Source: Octopus sinensis
Taxonomy: Eukaryota
Assembly: GCF_006345805.1 (NCBI RefSeq)
Contig: NC_043001.1
Location: forward strand, 81,716,001 to 81,780,000
Length of the DNA: 64,000 bases
Direction: 5' to 3'
The notes under the pieces are model-generated. The model saw nothing but the letters and a program-made list of their open reading frames with translations, ran no database searches and was not told the DNA's origin. Below are positions 36,590-49,040 of the stretch, piece by piece. Numbering within the stretch: position 1 is the first letter of the stretch; the number at the start of each line of letters is the position of its first letter. The position numbers and the translations under genes were made by a program.

Positions 36590-37469
36590 CTGCATGGTAA
36601 AGAAGCCTACATCAAGTGCCCTGGGTCAAGAGGGTGGCTACTGGAAGACCCTTTGTCTTAACCATGCCACACAAGCAAGAGAACCCAATCATGGCTGTCA
36701 GACAATTTCTGTGATCACATCCCCACTAACATCTGGCCACCTAACTCCTCAAACTGAAACCCCCTTGATTATTATGTGTGGGGTGCAGTTGAGCAAGAGA
36801 TCAACAAAACACCTTGTAACACCAAAGATGAACTGAAGGCAAGGATTATGGCAGCATTCACCAACTTAAACAAGGAGACCGTCTAGAAGAGCTGCAGGAG
36901 ATTCCGAAGTCGTCTGGGGGGCATAGTTGAAGCCAATGGCGATTTTATTGAATAAATTTACTCTAGTATTTCAAGATATTTTTATGTAATTTTGGTAAAT
37001 CTTTATATATAAAGCTGAAGTTGTCTGTGTGTATGTGGTAGGTTTGGTAGCCTTCAACCAACACTATCTCCTCCAAGACTCTGTGGTGCAAGTTGAGAGT
37101 ATGATAGAAGAAGGCTTGCTCTTCATTCCGAAGAAAAAAAAATTCAAATTGGACCATGTTAAAACCAAAGATTATTTACATCAAAAAGGTGGGTTTTTTT
37201 CTATGAAAATCCCTATTTTTTTTACAATTTTTGGACTGCTGTGTCACCATTTTGCGCTGTATTTCAACCAGAAAGATGTTCACTTAGAGAGAATAACAAG
37301 CTACATAATGCAAAATTTTTACTTTTCAAAAATTCCAATTCAAAAGGGTCAAAAAGAAAACAAACCCGAGCAACGCCGGGCTATACTGCTAGTCTATGTT
37401 AAAATGAGAAGTCAGTGTAATTTTCATTTCTGCGTAATTTAGATGACAGTTAATTCACCACACCCTGTA
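36590..37469 (+). mobile_element. Mariner-like (DD37D/maT-type) transposase 3' remnant with right end
   Basis: Translates CHTSKRTQSWLSDNFCDHIPTNIWPPNSSN*NPLDYYVWGAVEQEINKTPCNTKDELKARIMAAFTNLNKETV*KSCRRFRSRL..VEANGDFIE* (stop ends at 36955). Terminus caccctg|TA at 37461-37469. Confidence 0.8.
37000..37392 (+). mobile_element. Non-autonomous Helitron nested in the mariner remnant
   Basis: A|TC start (36999|37000), subterminal hairpin cccg-agcaacgc-cggg (37365-37380), CTAG|T end (37389-37393), no TSD. Confidence 0.75.
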
Positions 37470-37922
37470 TATATATATACATATATGAGTGGTTGTGTAT
37501 GTGTTTGTGTGTCTGTGTTTGTCACCTTCCTCCAATTACCTGACAACTGGTGTTGGTTTGTTTACCTCCCTGTAACTTAGATGTTTGGCAAAAGGGCCTG
37601 TTGGAATAAGGCTCAGGCTTTAAAGAAATGTAAGTACTGGGGTCGATTTGTTTGAGGCAGTGCCCCAGCATGGCCACATTCCAATTACTAATGCAATTAA
37701 TAAATAAATGACATATAGACAGACACACACAGCCATGGTACTAAACATGTTATAAAACACACATCTACAGTAACACACGGGTTATAAGCCAGCAATGAAG
37801 GAGTCAGAGGTGGGGGGTAAATTAGTCTGCAAGAAACACCAGTAAAATGTTTTTTAAATCACACCTATCATCGTAAATGCAAAAAGGTTGCAGTGAACAA
37901 TGTAGCTTTTGATAGCTTATTT

Positions 37923-38100
37923 AAAAAAGGCACGTTGGTCATGAATGGAATGCCTTTGGTCAGAGGTTTGCTCAATCAAGATTTGCCCCAGGTTAAACAA
38001 CAACAGAGGAAAAAAGGCACGTTGGTCATGAACGGAATGCCTTTGGTCAGAGGTTTGCTCAATCAAGATTTGCCTCAGGTTAAACAACAACAGAGGCAAT
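37923..38100. repeat. Tandem 87-bp duplication of a dispersed repeat 3' tail
   Basis: ggcacgttggtcatgaa.ggaatgcctttggtc...ggttaaacaacaacagagg starts at 37929 and 38016. Related single copies at about 3945-4020, 42930-43000 and 58880-58980(-). Confidence 0.85.
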
Positions 38101-38720
38101 AACATAAACGATAAAGAACACAAAAACTAATAAATCAAATACACTCACAGCATTAAATTATATAATCCTTGTAAGACATAGACATAGCAATGAATGTTGT
38201 AAACCCACACAAGGTATATATATATATATATTATATGAATGCATACAAAAGCACAATAAACCAGACAGACAAAATAAACTATGTACAAACAACACATGCA
38301 CACACTTCTTTCTCTTCCTCTCCCTCTCTCGCACACACAGTCATACAGACAGACGCACACACTCAAATTCCCATGAATGAGGTTCTTCACTAAAGAATGT
38401 GGCTTTAAGTAGGTTTGAAGGCCAGCTCTGTGTATTGAACATAAATAATGTGACTGTAGAACAGGTATGTAACTATCATACGTATACATATTTTGTTCCT
38501 GTACACTACCACACAACTCTTCACGCACACCTCATACAGTCAAATGTTTGAAGTCATTCTCGAAGCTTTAAGCTTTCTTCTCAACCACATGGTTCTGGGT
38601 TCAGTCCCACTGCATGGTACGTTGGGCGAATGTCTCCTACTATAGCCTCAGGCCAACCAAAGCCTTATAAGTGGATTTAGTAGACCAAACTGAAAGCTCA
38701 TAATATATATATATATAATA

Positions 38721-38771
<51 letters not shown>

Positions 38772-40083
38772 CACACACACACATATACAGGTGTGGCAAT
38801 GTGGTAAAAGCTTGCTTACCAACCACATGGTACTGAATTGAGTGTCACTGCATGGCACCTTAGGCAAGTGTCTTCTATTATAGCCTCAGGTTGAGGCTAT
38901 AATAAAAACCTTGTGAGTAAATTTGGTAGATAGAAACTGAAAGAAGCTCATTGTGCGTGTGTGTGTGTTTGTATGTTTATGTTCACCCCCCACCATCACT
39001 TGACAACTGATATTGGTATGTTTACATCCCTGAAACTTTTAGTTTCCATCAACCAAATTGACTCATAAGGCTTTGGTTAGCCTGGAATATAATAGAACAC
39101 AATTTCCCAAGGTCCCATGTAGTGGTTACTGAACCTGGAACTATGTGGTTGAGAAGTAAATTTCTTACCACACATTCACACCTGCACCTGTGTGTGTGTG
39201 TGTGTGTGTGTAAATTAATTTTTAGTGCAATATATGGATTCATGGAGAAATCCTGTGGCAATCACAATAAGCTCCTCTAGTGAATCTGGTTACCAGACCA
39301 CACAGTAATCCAATTCAGAGGAGTACAATGCAGATTTCTACGCAGCTGAAATGCAAGAGATCCAATCAATGAAATTATTTCATGGTGAGTACATAGACCA
39401 AGCGATATTAGAGGTGAATATATTTATTTAACCACTTCGTTAAAGAAATATATTTACCTCTCGAACCTCCTGATTTTTTATGGTCTATATATTTTCCCCA
39501 GCAGGATGCATTTTCAAGTAAGACTAGAAACAGAAGGTCACCACTTGTCTGACATGGTTCAAGTTTGTAATTATCACATGAATTACAGACAAGGACATTG
39601 ACACATGGACACGCACAAGATTTTTAGTTTCTGCTTATCAAATCCACAAGTAAGTAAATAGAGTGTGGCTGTGTGGTAAGAAGCTTGCTTCCCAATCACT
39701 TGGTTCCAGTTTCAGTCCCACAGCATGGTGTCTTGGATTAAGTGCCTTCTGCTAAATTCCTGGGCCAACCAAAGCTTTTGTGAATGCTGGGGGAGATGTG
39801 GATATCCTTCCAAGTCTGGATATTAAAAAAACATCTAAGCAAACAAGGTGTGGCTGTGTGGTAAGAAGCTTGCTTCCCAATATGGTTCCGGGTTCAATCC
39901 CACGGCATGGCACTTTGGGCAAGCAAATGTCTTCTACTAAACCCCTGGGTCAACCAAAGCTTTGTGAGTACTGAGTGCAAGTGAGGACATAGATGTACTT
40001 TCTTCTGTGGATATAAAAAAAAAAGAAACAAAGAAAATATTTGTGTGGCCTTCATCTTTTTGTGTATGTATGCTTGTTCTTTC

Positions 40084-40153
<70 letters not shown>

Positions 40154-43100
40154 TGTGTGTGTGTTCAGGTGTCTTTTTCTGTGTGGAGTGTTTATATTCT
40201 TCTCTGCCTTCATTTTTTTATTACAAATTAGGCAAAGTCTGGCAATGAAGACATTTTATATATTTCTTAGATTTGATTACATCTGTGTATAATCTATCTA
40301 TCTATACATATATATACATATACATATTCACACACACACACATGTATGTATGTATGCTTACATATATATATGTGTGTATGTATGTTTGATTTCCATTTCC
40401 TGCATGTGTCCCACCCAAATTTGGCATCAGTGCCTCTCTTTAACTATTTAAGATTCATCAAAATACAGGAAATCCTTCATTTTATTGCAATTTCTCTGTC
40501 ATTTGCCAAAGTCTCAGCAGAGGAAATTCCCATCAACATATTAATGTACATATATGCTGTGTTCAAAATATAATTATGTCAGTGTCTGTGTATTTACGTA
40601 TATGTTATTGCGTGCATATATATGTGTGTATGCATAGTAACAGTATTGTGAATAATACTTTGACATAGCTATATGTGTGTGTATTTATATATCATATCTT
40701 AACTGTGTGCCTGGCTGCCTGTTATGCTTTGACCTTGACCTCCAGAAATAATCTGTCCTGCAAGTCAACCCTTACATCTTTCAAAATAGAGGAGGGCTCA
40801 AGAGCCCTTTAAGTTAAATGATAATTCTTTTTGTTGTATCGTTCACTAGATATATGAGTTTCTTTTATTTTCCTTTCATTTATCATTTGATAGCAGAGAT
40901 AGGGAGACGCAAACTTGGTTATTTCCTTATCTGGAGCAGGGAGGTACATTATTTAATCTTCAGAGTAGACATAGGTGTGGCTGTGTGGTAAAAAGTTTGC
41001 TTCCCAACCACATGGTTTCAGGTTCAGTCCTACTGCATGGCACCTTGGGAAAGTGTTTTACACCATAGCACCAGCTCAACCAAAATCTTGTGAGTGGATT
41101 TGGCAGACAGAAACTGAATGAAGCTCATTGTGAATATACATGTGTGTGCTTGTTTATGTCTCTTTATCTTCACTGCTGTGCTAGTTGTAAAGGAGTGCCA
41201 CTGTCATACATGCAGTGTTATTCATTTCTAATATCCTACAAAGCATGTCTGGCCATTGGGAGAGATATTACTTTGCATGACAACAGGTGAAGGTTGATGA
41301 CAGAAAGGGCATCTGGTCATAGCCAATCCTCACAATGCACTCTGTCTGACTCATGCAAGCATGGAAAAATGGATGTTAAAATAACGATGATGATCATAAT
41401 CTTTTAACATCCATCTTCCATGCTTGCACAGGCCGGAGAGTTCAGACAGGTCTGGGGACAGTAATGTACTCCAATGCCTGATTTGGCATGATTTCTTTGA
41501 CTGGACGTCCTTCATAGTAGCAACCACTTTCGAGTGTGCACTGTGAGTATTTTATGTGGCACCAGCACTAGTGAGGTCACCATAACACTTGCCAAACTAC
41601 ATAGGAGAGGGAGGCAGAAATCAGAGGTTAAGTATTTAGCATTGAAACTGGCCATAAACAATCCAAATATTCGACCTGTTTTATGTTCAAAGAAGCCAGA
41701 TCAGGCCTCTCACACGTACTCTACAATATAATTCTAAATGTAAGCAATCATCATTATTATGATTTAATTGCATCATCAAAATCTCAAAGCTATGAGATAA
41801 TCCACGATTAACTTAACACAACATGAATGAATAAATAAGTATTAAATTTGATAAAGTAACCTGAATGCTAAAAGGTTAACCGTTCAGTGTTCAACTCACT
41901 CTGCCAAATGTAAAATTTATTAATTCATTCATATGTTTTGAACTAGTCATGTATTGTCTCATAGCTTCGAGATTTTGATGATGCTATTGTCTATTTATAG
42001 GTTGACACTGTAGGGTAGGTGCAAAGGGTTAGACCTGGCCAGTTTGAATTTAAAACAGGAGGCATACCTGAGCCAGATATGGCCAGTTTAAATGCTAAAG
42101 AGTTAAAGCATGAGCTATATAAATATATTACTTAGATGTAGGCATCATGTCATGTTGATCATGTAAAAGAAACAAATGACTGTGGAATACTCACCCACCT
42201 GCATATAATTCATTTAACTCAAACATACCAGCAATGCAATGGTGTCAATGAACTAATGAAGAATCGCAATATTGTTTGATCTGCTAGAAATAACAGCTAA
42301 ATTTCTCACAGGTCTACCAAATCCACTTACAGAGCTGGATGCCCTTCCTAATGCCAACTACTCCATGACTGTAATGGGTGCTTTTTATGTAAAAGTTAAA
42401 GTAATGGAATTTTGAGCAGATATACTCGTTTTCTGCAGTAAAAGGGGCAATAAAAGAAAAGGACACACTGAAATAATGTAATCCAAGAAACCCCTAAAAA
42501 AGACAGGCGGGTCATGACTGGATTGGATTTTGCCATAGGTCTGCTCAAGGAGATAGGTAAAAAGTACTGATTCAAGAGCAGTGGATTGGTGGAAGCATTC
42601 TGAGTTCAATTCCAACCAGGAGCTGACTTGGGTAGTAGACTTAAACCAAATGACCTGTTTAATACAATTTCATGGTACCATGGGTGGTACATTTAGTTAT
42701 GTCCATTCTCTTGCAAGCATTCAGGACATGTCTCCGATTTGAGGATACGTACTGCCCTCCCTCTCAGTCACAGGGAACCCATGAAGGACCCCAGGCACTG
42801 TCTTCCCTTCCGGTGAAAGGATAGAATAAAAAAAATAACAAAAATAAACAGCTAAATATCACTCTCCCTCAAAATCATACCACCCTACCTACATTAAAAA
42901 GCAAATACTGATTAGATAATTTTGTCTGGATCGTCATGGCTGGAATGCCTCTGATTGTGTATCTGTCTACTAGCCAAGACCAGACCCGGGACTAAACAAA
43001 CATCTACATCGCTGCTGTCACCACCCACCATTATCCATGTTATCCGCATTATTCCAGTCTCAATATTAATCCCAAAGTTGGCAGAAGTTTGAATAGCTGT

Positions 43101-43298
43101 ACACACACACACCTCTACCCACGTGTGTGTGTGTGTATGTATATATACATGTGTATGCATATATATATATTCATTCATTATATCTATAAGACTCACACAT
43201 AGGTAGATATGTATAGTGCACGTGTACTACACATATCTACTGGTGTGGGTGTGTATGTATTCATACACTCATACACACTTTACCATATATCTTACCTT

Positions 43299-43369
<71 letters not shown>

Positions 43370-43376
43370 TATATAC

Positions 43377-43770
43377 TCTTTTACTTGTTTCAGTCATTTG
43401 ACTGTGGCCATGCTGGAGCACCACCTTTCGTCGAGCAAATCGACTCCAGGACTTATTCTTTGTAAGCCTAGTACTTATTCTATCAGTCTCTTTTGTCAAA
43501 CCACTAAGTTATGGAGACTTAAACACACCAGCATCGGTAGTCAAGCGATGCTGGGGGGACAAACACAGGCACACAAATATATACACATACATACATATAT
43601 ATATATATATATACATATATACGACGGGCTTCTTTTAGTTTCCGTCTACCAAATCCACTCACAAGGCTTTGGTCGGCCCAAGGCTATAGTAGAAGACACT
43701 TGCCCAAGGTGCCACGCAGTGGGACTGAACCCAGAACCATGTGGTTGGTGAGCAAGCTACTTACCACACA
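43377..43770 (-). mobile_element. SINE family A, near full length, running into the assembly gap
   Basis: ctcttttacttgtttcagtcatttgactgtggccatgctggagcaccacc...aaccatgtggttggtgagcaagctacttaccacaca. Confidence 0.8.
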
Positions 43771-43870
43771 NNNNNNNNNNNNNNNNNNNNNNNNNNNNNN
43801 NNNNNNNNNNNNNNNNNNNNNNNNNNNNNNNNNNNNNNNNNNNNNNNNNNNNNNNNNNNNNNNNNNNNNN
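43771..43870. other. Assembly gap (100 N)
   Basis: Run of exactly 100 N. The true size is unknown, so intron B-C length (nominally 26,900 bp) is approximate. Confidence 0.99.
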
Positions 43871-44296
43871 GCCAAGGTGCCACGCAGTGGGACTGAACCC
43901 GGAAACCATGTGGTTGGTAAACAAGCTACCTACCACACAGCCATTCCTGCGATAGCCTTTCAAGTAGCTCCTATAAACAAGGTCAAAATTAATGACTATT
44001 TCAAATGCTAATCAAAAGTACAAATTCGTTAGGAATCTGAAAGATTTCAGTTTGGCAACTATAATATATAGAACAAGGGGGGCAGTGGAATAAAGTAGGG
44101 ACTTTCGCTGATTATTTCAATACATTAGGGCAAATGGCTTTTTACCAAGTTCATTGAAGCCTATCTCTAGGTTTCAGTATGTATCATAGTTTAAAAGCAC
44201 ATCACTCTAGCTATGAGCTTTTTGCTTAGCTGCAATTCTTCATTTTAACCCTTTGACATTCAGATTACTCTGTGAAAGGTAATGCTTTTTTATTTA

Positions 44297-44809
44297 CCGT
44301 AAATCCTCGAGTATAATCTGCATTTTTTCCCCCAAAATTTAAAGTCCAAAATCCCTAGTGCGTACTATATACGAGGTTAAAAATGAAAGATATTTTCTAA
44401 GCAATGTCTGAGTCTCTATTTGCTGTCCGGCAATGTTTATTCAGACGCATTTTGTGATGTCGGGTGCAAAAATACCTTAAGCTAAGCCTGAAAGCAATGA
44501 AGTCAGAAAAGAATCATCCATAACTTGCAGCAAGCAACATTTATTAAACATTATTACTGTTATTTCTTTATTTTCTGCAAACAAAATGCACACAAAAGCT
44601 GCACGTTTGCATTATGTTATATATGCAATAAAAATAAAGGACGTTACCATATACAGTTTTACAAACCAAGGATGTTATATAGACCTCCTTGACTCAAGTT
44701 AGAGAAAGGGTGCGTATTATACACAAGGTTTAGGTTTTTAAGAGGTACAGCCCCCTAAAAATCCCCTGCGTATTATACTCAAGGGCGGACTATACTCGAG
44801 GATTTACGG
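44297..44809. mobile_element. Tc1/mariner (pogo/Tigger-like) MITE nested in a TTAA-ended MITE
   Basis: Perfect 19-bp TIRs ccgtaaatcctcgagtata / tatactcgaggatttacgg, TA on the left and CA (decayed TA) on the right, subterminal gcgta.tata repeats. Host sequence aatgct..tatt|ttcacattgttttgaatt is split. Confidence 0.85.
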
Positions 44810-45294
44810 CATTCACATTGTTTTGAATTAACTATGCATTATCACCTGGCTTCTAGATTTCAGTGTTGTGATTGTTTATTTTTAGAATGATGTTGTAGGG
44901 TAAGTGTGAGAGGCCAGATCTGGTCAGTTTGAACATAAAATGGATGTGGGCTGGATGTGGCAAGTTTAAATGCTAAAGTTTTAAAACAACTAATGGACAA
45001 AGCTCATATAAGTAGTTTATAAAAACAAGCACAAAGAGTTAGAACCCTCAAACTACAGAAGACTCTCATGGGCAGTTATAGGATTCATATGGTTAGTTTA
45101 AATGCTAAAGGGTCAAACATATGTTTTCTGGAGGTGATTACTGGCATAAAAGTTACACAGTCATATTAGATGCACCGTAATTTCAGCAGAGTATATTTAG
45201 AGGAGAAAAAAAACTTGTAAGTACATTGAAGCATGCAAAATAAATCCTAATTTACATATAAGAATCGGGAAGATTTTAAGCGACATTTTCAATT

Positions 45295-45665
45295 GGTATA
45301 AATTGAAACCTTCCCTTGAAAATTTATGTAAATTTTTGTTCCAAACACCACCTTCATACTAAAGTTATTTCACTAAAATTCTTCAGGATTTTCCAAATTA
45401 ATTGTAATAAAAACGGTGTATTTCAACAGAAATATGCTAGCAAAAAGGTTAAAGTGATACAAATTAAAATCTTCCATCAAAATTTCATGTACATTTTTGT
45501 TCCAAACACCAGCTTTGTAATAACAGTTATTTCACTAAAACTGTCTATTTCAACAGAAATATGGTAACAAAAAGGTTAAAGTGATATAAATTAGAACCAT
45601 CCATCAAAATTTCATGTACAGTTTTGTTCCAAACGCCAGCTTCTTAATAAAGTTATTTCACTAAA
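45295..45665. repeat. Three ~130-bp tandem copies of a piggyBac-like MITE internal segment
   Basis: Repeated tttgttccaaac.cc...aagttatttcactaaa blocks, two of them preceded by aaaaggttaaagtgata. Confidence 0.7.
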
Positions 45666-47786
45666 TGCTTCCTTATTTCCAAAATAAATTGAAGCAAAGG
45701 TAGAATACTGTAACTTAAATATCGCAATAAAGGAGGTCAACAGTTTAATCAATGCAACAGGCCGAACAAGCCATTAGGGGAAAACTAAAGTCCAAGTCTA
45801 AAACTAATTTTAAAATAAATTTGGCTCTACCATTAGCAAAATAAAGGGCATTGTTACTACACCATCTGCGAATAAGTAGTATTTTTTCTTTTACTTGTTT
45901 CAGTCATTTCATTGTGGCCATGCTGGAGCACTGCTTTTCAATTGAACAAATTGCCCCCAGGACTTATTCTTTGTAAGCCCTATCGGTCTCTTTTTGCTGA
46001 ACTGATAAGTTATAGGGACGTAAACACCACCAACATCAGCTGTCAAGCGATGGTGGGGGGACAAACAGACACACACACAATATATATATATATATTCACA
46101 AAAAAACAAAAGACGAAGACAGGTGGTGTAGACAACAGATGTATTAGCTTAACGCTTGGGAAGTGAAAAAGTCTTTAACGTTTCGAGCCTATGCTCTTCC
46201 ACAGAAAGGAACACAGAAAGAAACAAGGAGAGAAAATAAAGAATGTGTAGTGGCTAGAGATCTATCATGGCGAATGCCGGACAGAAGGGTCACACAGGAG
46301 AGCTATATATATATATATATATATATATACATACACACACATACATATACACAATAGGCTTCTTTCAGTTTCCATCTACCAAATCCACTTGGTCGGCCCA
46401 AGGCTATAGTAGAAGACATTTGCCTAAGGTACCATGCAGTGAACCCGGAGCCATATAGTTGGTAAGCAAGCTACTTACCATACAGCCACTCCTGCACCAC
46501 ATTATTGAAATTTCTTTAAAATATTATTGGTTTCAAATTTTGGCACAAAGCCAGCAATCCGAGGGACAGGACAAGTCAATTACGTCAACCCCCAATCCAC
46601 AATTAGTACTTCTTTTATTGATTCCCAAAATATGAAAGGCAAAGATGACTTTGGTGGAATTTGAACTCAGAACGTAAAGACAGACGAAATGCCGCTAAGC
46701 ATTTTAACCAGTGTGCTAACAGTTCTGCCAGCTCACCACCTTTTATGATGATGATTATGATGATGATAATGGTTTCAGATTTCAGCACATGGCCAGTTCG
46801 TAAGAAAGAAGGGGTAAATTAATTACAGTGACCCTAGTGCTCAACTGGTACTTAATTTATTGAACCCAAACTAATGAAAAGCAAAGTCAACTTAGAATTT
46901 GAACTCACAATATAAAGACAGATGAAATGCCTTCAAAATAATTATTAATACCCAGAATAACAAAACCAATCACAAACACATATAGGGAGAGAAAGGGCCG
47001 GCTGGCTGGCTGGCTGGACAGTCGGCTAGACATAAGTAGATGGAGTGAGCTGGAGAAGGTCTAATGTCTTGACACGAGGAAAAATGTCTATGAACCAAGT
47101 ATCCTTAAGAGATGTGAAAACAACAGGGAATGGGAAAAGAGTGAGAGAAGAGAGAAAAGGAAAGAATAATTATACACATACATGCATATATACATATACA
47201 ACTACCTACATATACATCTATATACACACACATATACACATATATGTATGTGTACACATATATGCCTGTATACATATATACATACATACACACGCATGCA
47301 TATATATATATATATGCATGTATATATATATACACACACACATATACATATATATGCATGTATATATACACATAAGTATGTATGTATATATGCATATATA
47401 TATATGTATGTATACATACCCACGTGCCTATGAGAGAGACAGACAAAGAGAGAGAAAAAGGATAGAAAAAAAAGGGAAGCAAATAACAACAGTAAAAAGA
47501 AAAAAAAAACAACCAAGGAAGAAACAAAAAAAAAAAACTCAAAGCAGAACCAAAACTATTCTAGAAAGTGAGACAATTATAGCAATTGAGTATTGATCAG
47601 TTTCCATGGCAACATGGACAGAGGTGGAGGGAGAGGAAGAGGGAGAAGAACAACAACAACAAGCACAGTGAGATGACTATGTATTGCCACCAGTTCATAA
47701 TAGTTACTATATAATCTACTGGACCGAACCAACGATGTATGTACATATACATAAATAAATAAATACATAAATAAATAAATATATAT

Positions 47787-47852
<66 letters not shown>

Positions 47853-48019
47853 AACTGGAACTACAGGAATGGGGACGGGGATGGAAAGGAGGAAGAGGAG
47901 GGGGTTAATGGTGGAGGATGGGAGGGGGGCTAAGTTACTGGGGATGGGGCACTAGTCAAGGGACAGACATCTGGGAAGCCTGTTATTATTATTATTATTA
48001 TGGTAATTATGATTGCTAA

Positions 48020-49040
48020 AACAACTAATAATAACAATAATAATAATAATAATAATAATTACTATTACTATTATTATTATTAGTATTATTATTAGTAGTA
48101 GTAGTGGTGGTAGTAGCAGCAGCAGCGGCAGTAGTTTTTCCTCTCTCAAACACTGGAAATGTTTTAAGACAGAGTGGTACATGGTGCCAACATTTTGATG
48201 TAGCCACATCAAATGATGTTCGATGCAGTGGTGGTGGTGGTGGTGGTGGTAAGGCAGTGTTAGGTAACGGTGGCGGTTGCGACAGTATTGGTAGTGGGTT
48301 TTGTGCTGATGCCGGTAATAGTAGTAGTGGTATTAGTAACGGTGGTGATGGTGGTAGTAGTAGTGGTGGTATTAGTAACGGTAGTGATGGTGGCAGTGGT
48401 GGTGGTGGAGATGGTGCAATGGTTTTACATTGAGACAATGAAGAAAGGAGATGTGCTAGCGGGGATGCTAATAGTGATGCTGATGTGCTCACGGCTGTGA
48501 TGATGGTGGTGGTGGTGGTGGCAGCAGCAGTGGTGATTGTGGTGGTAGTAGTAGTAGTAGTTATGATGATATTCCTGTAATGGTGATGTGCCAGTGGTTG
48601 TAGTGGTGTTAGCAAAGTAGTAGCGGTAGTGGTGGCAGTAGTAGTAGTGGTGGTAGTAGTAGTGACAGAAGTAGTAGTTATAGTAGTGGTGGTGGTAGTA
48701 GTAGTAGTGAGAGTAGTAGTAATTATAATAGTGGTGATGATGGTAATAACAGTTGTGGTAGTAGTAGTGGTGGTGGTGATGGTGGTGGAAGTTGTGGTGG
48801 TATTTTAGTCCACTAATATTGTTTTGGACCAGTGGTTGTGGTGGTGTTAGCAAAGTAGTAGTGGTAGTGGTGGCAGTAGTAGTAGTGGTGGTGGTAGTGC
48901 TGCTAGTGGCGGTAGTCGTAGTGAGAGTAGTAGTAATTATAGCAGTGGTGATGATGGTAATAACAGTTGTGGTAGTAGTAGTAGTGGTGGTGGTGGAAGT
49001 TGTGGTGGTGGTATTTTAGTCCACTAATATTGTTTTGGAC
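48020..49040. repeat. (AAT)/(AGT)/(GGT)n trinucleotide field containing a ~210-240-bp tandem duplication
   Basis: gtggtgttagcaaag starts at 48603 and 48841; ttttagtccactaatattgttttggac ends at 48829 and 49040. Confidence 0.9.

Noticed and set aside
37893-38102. ORF with two identical 29-aa repeats
   Set aside because: It is an 87-bp tandem duplication of a dispersed repeat tail seen elsewhere in the window.
43700-43950. Similar ~70-bp SINE-head sequence on both sides of the N gap
   Set aside because: Most likely a contig overlap, haplotype difference or two SINE copies at an assembly break. It cannot be interpreted biologically.
47870-47950. G-quadruplex-like G-runs
   Set aside because: One loop is long (10 nt), such purine tracts are common in this genome, and no other evidence supports a function.
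48104-48853. Gly-rich, His-rich and Thr/Pro-rich ORFs (also 13689-14143, 26695-27159 and 60451-60909)
   Set aside because: They are frame translations of (GGT)/(AGT)/(CAT)n tracts without splice-compatible borders or compositional asymmetry between frames.
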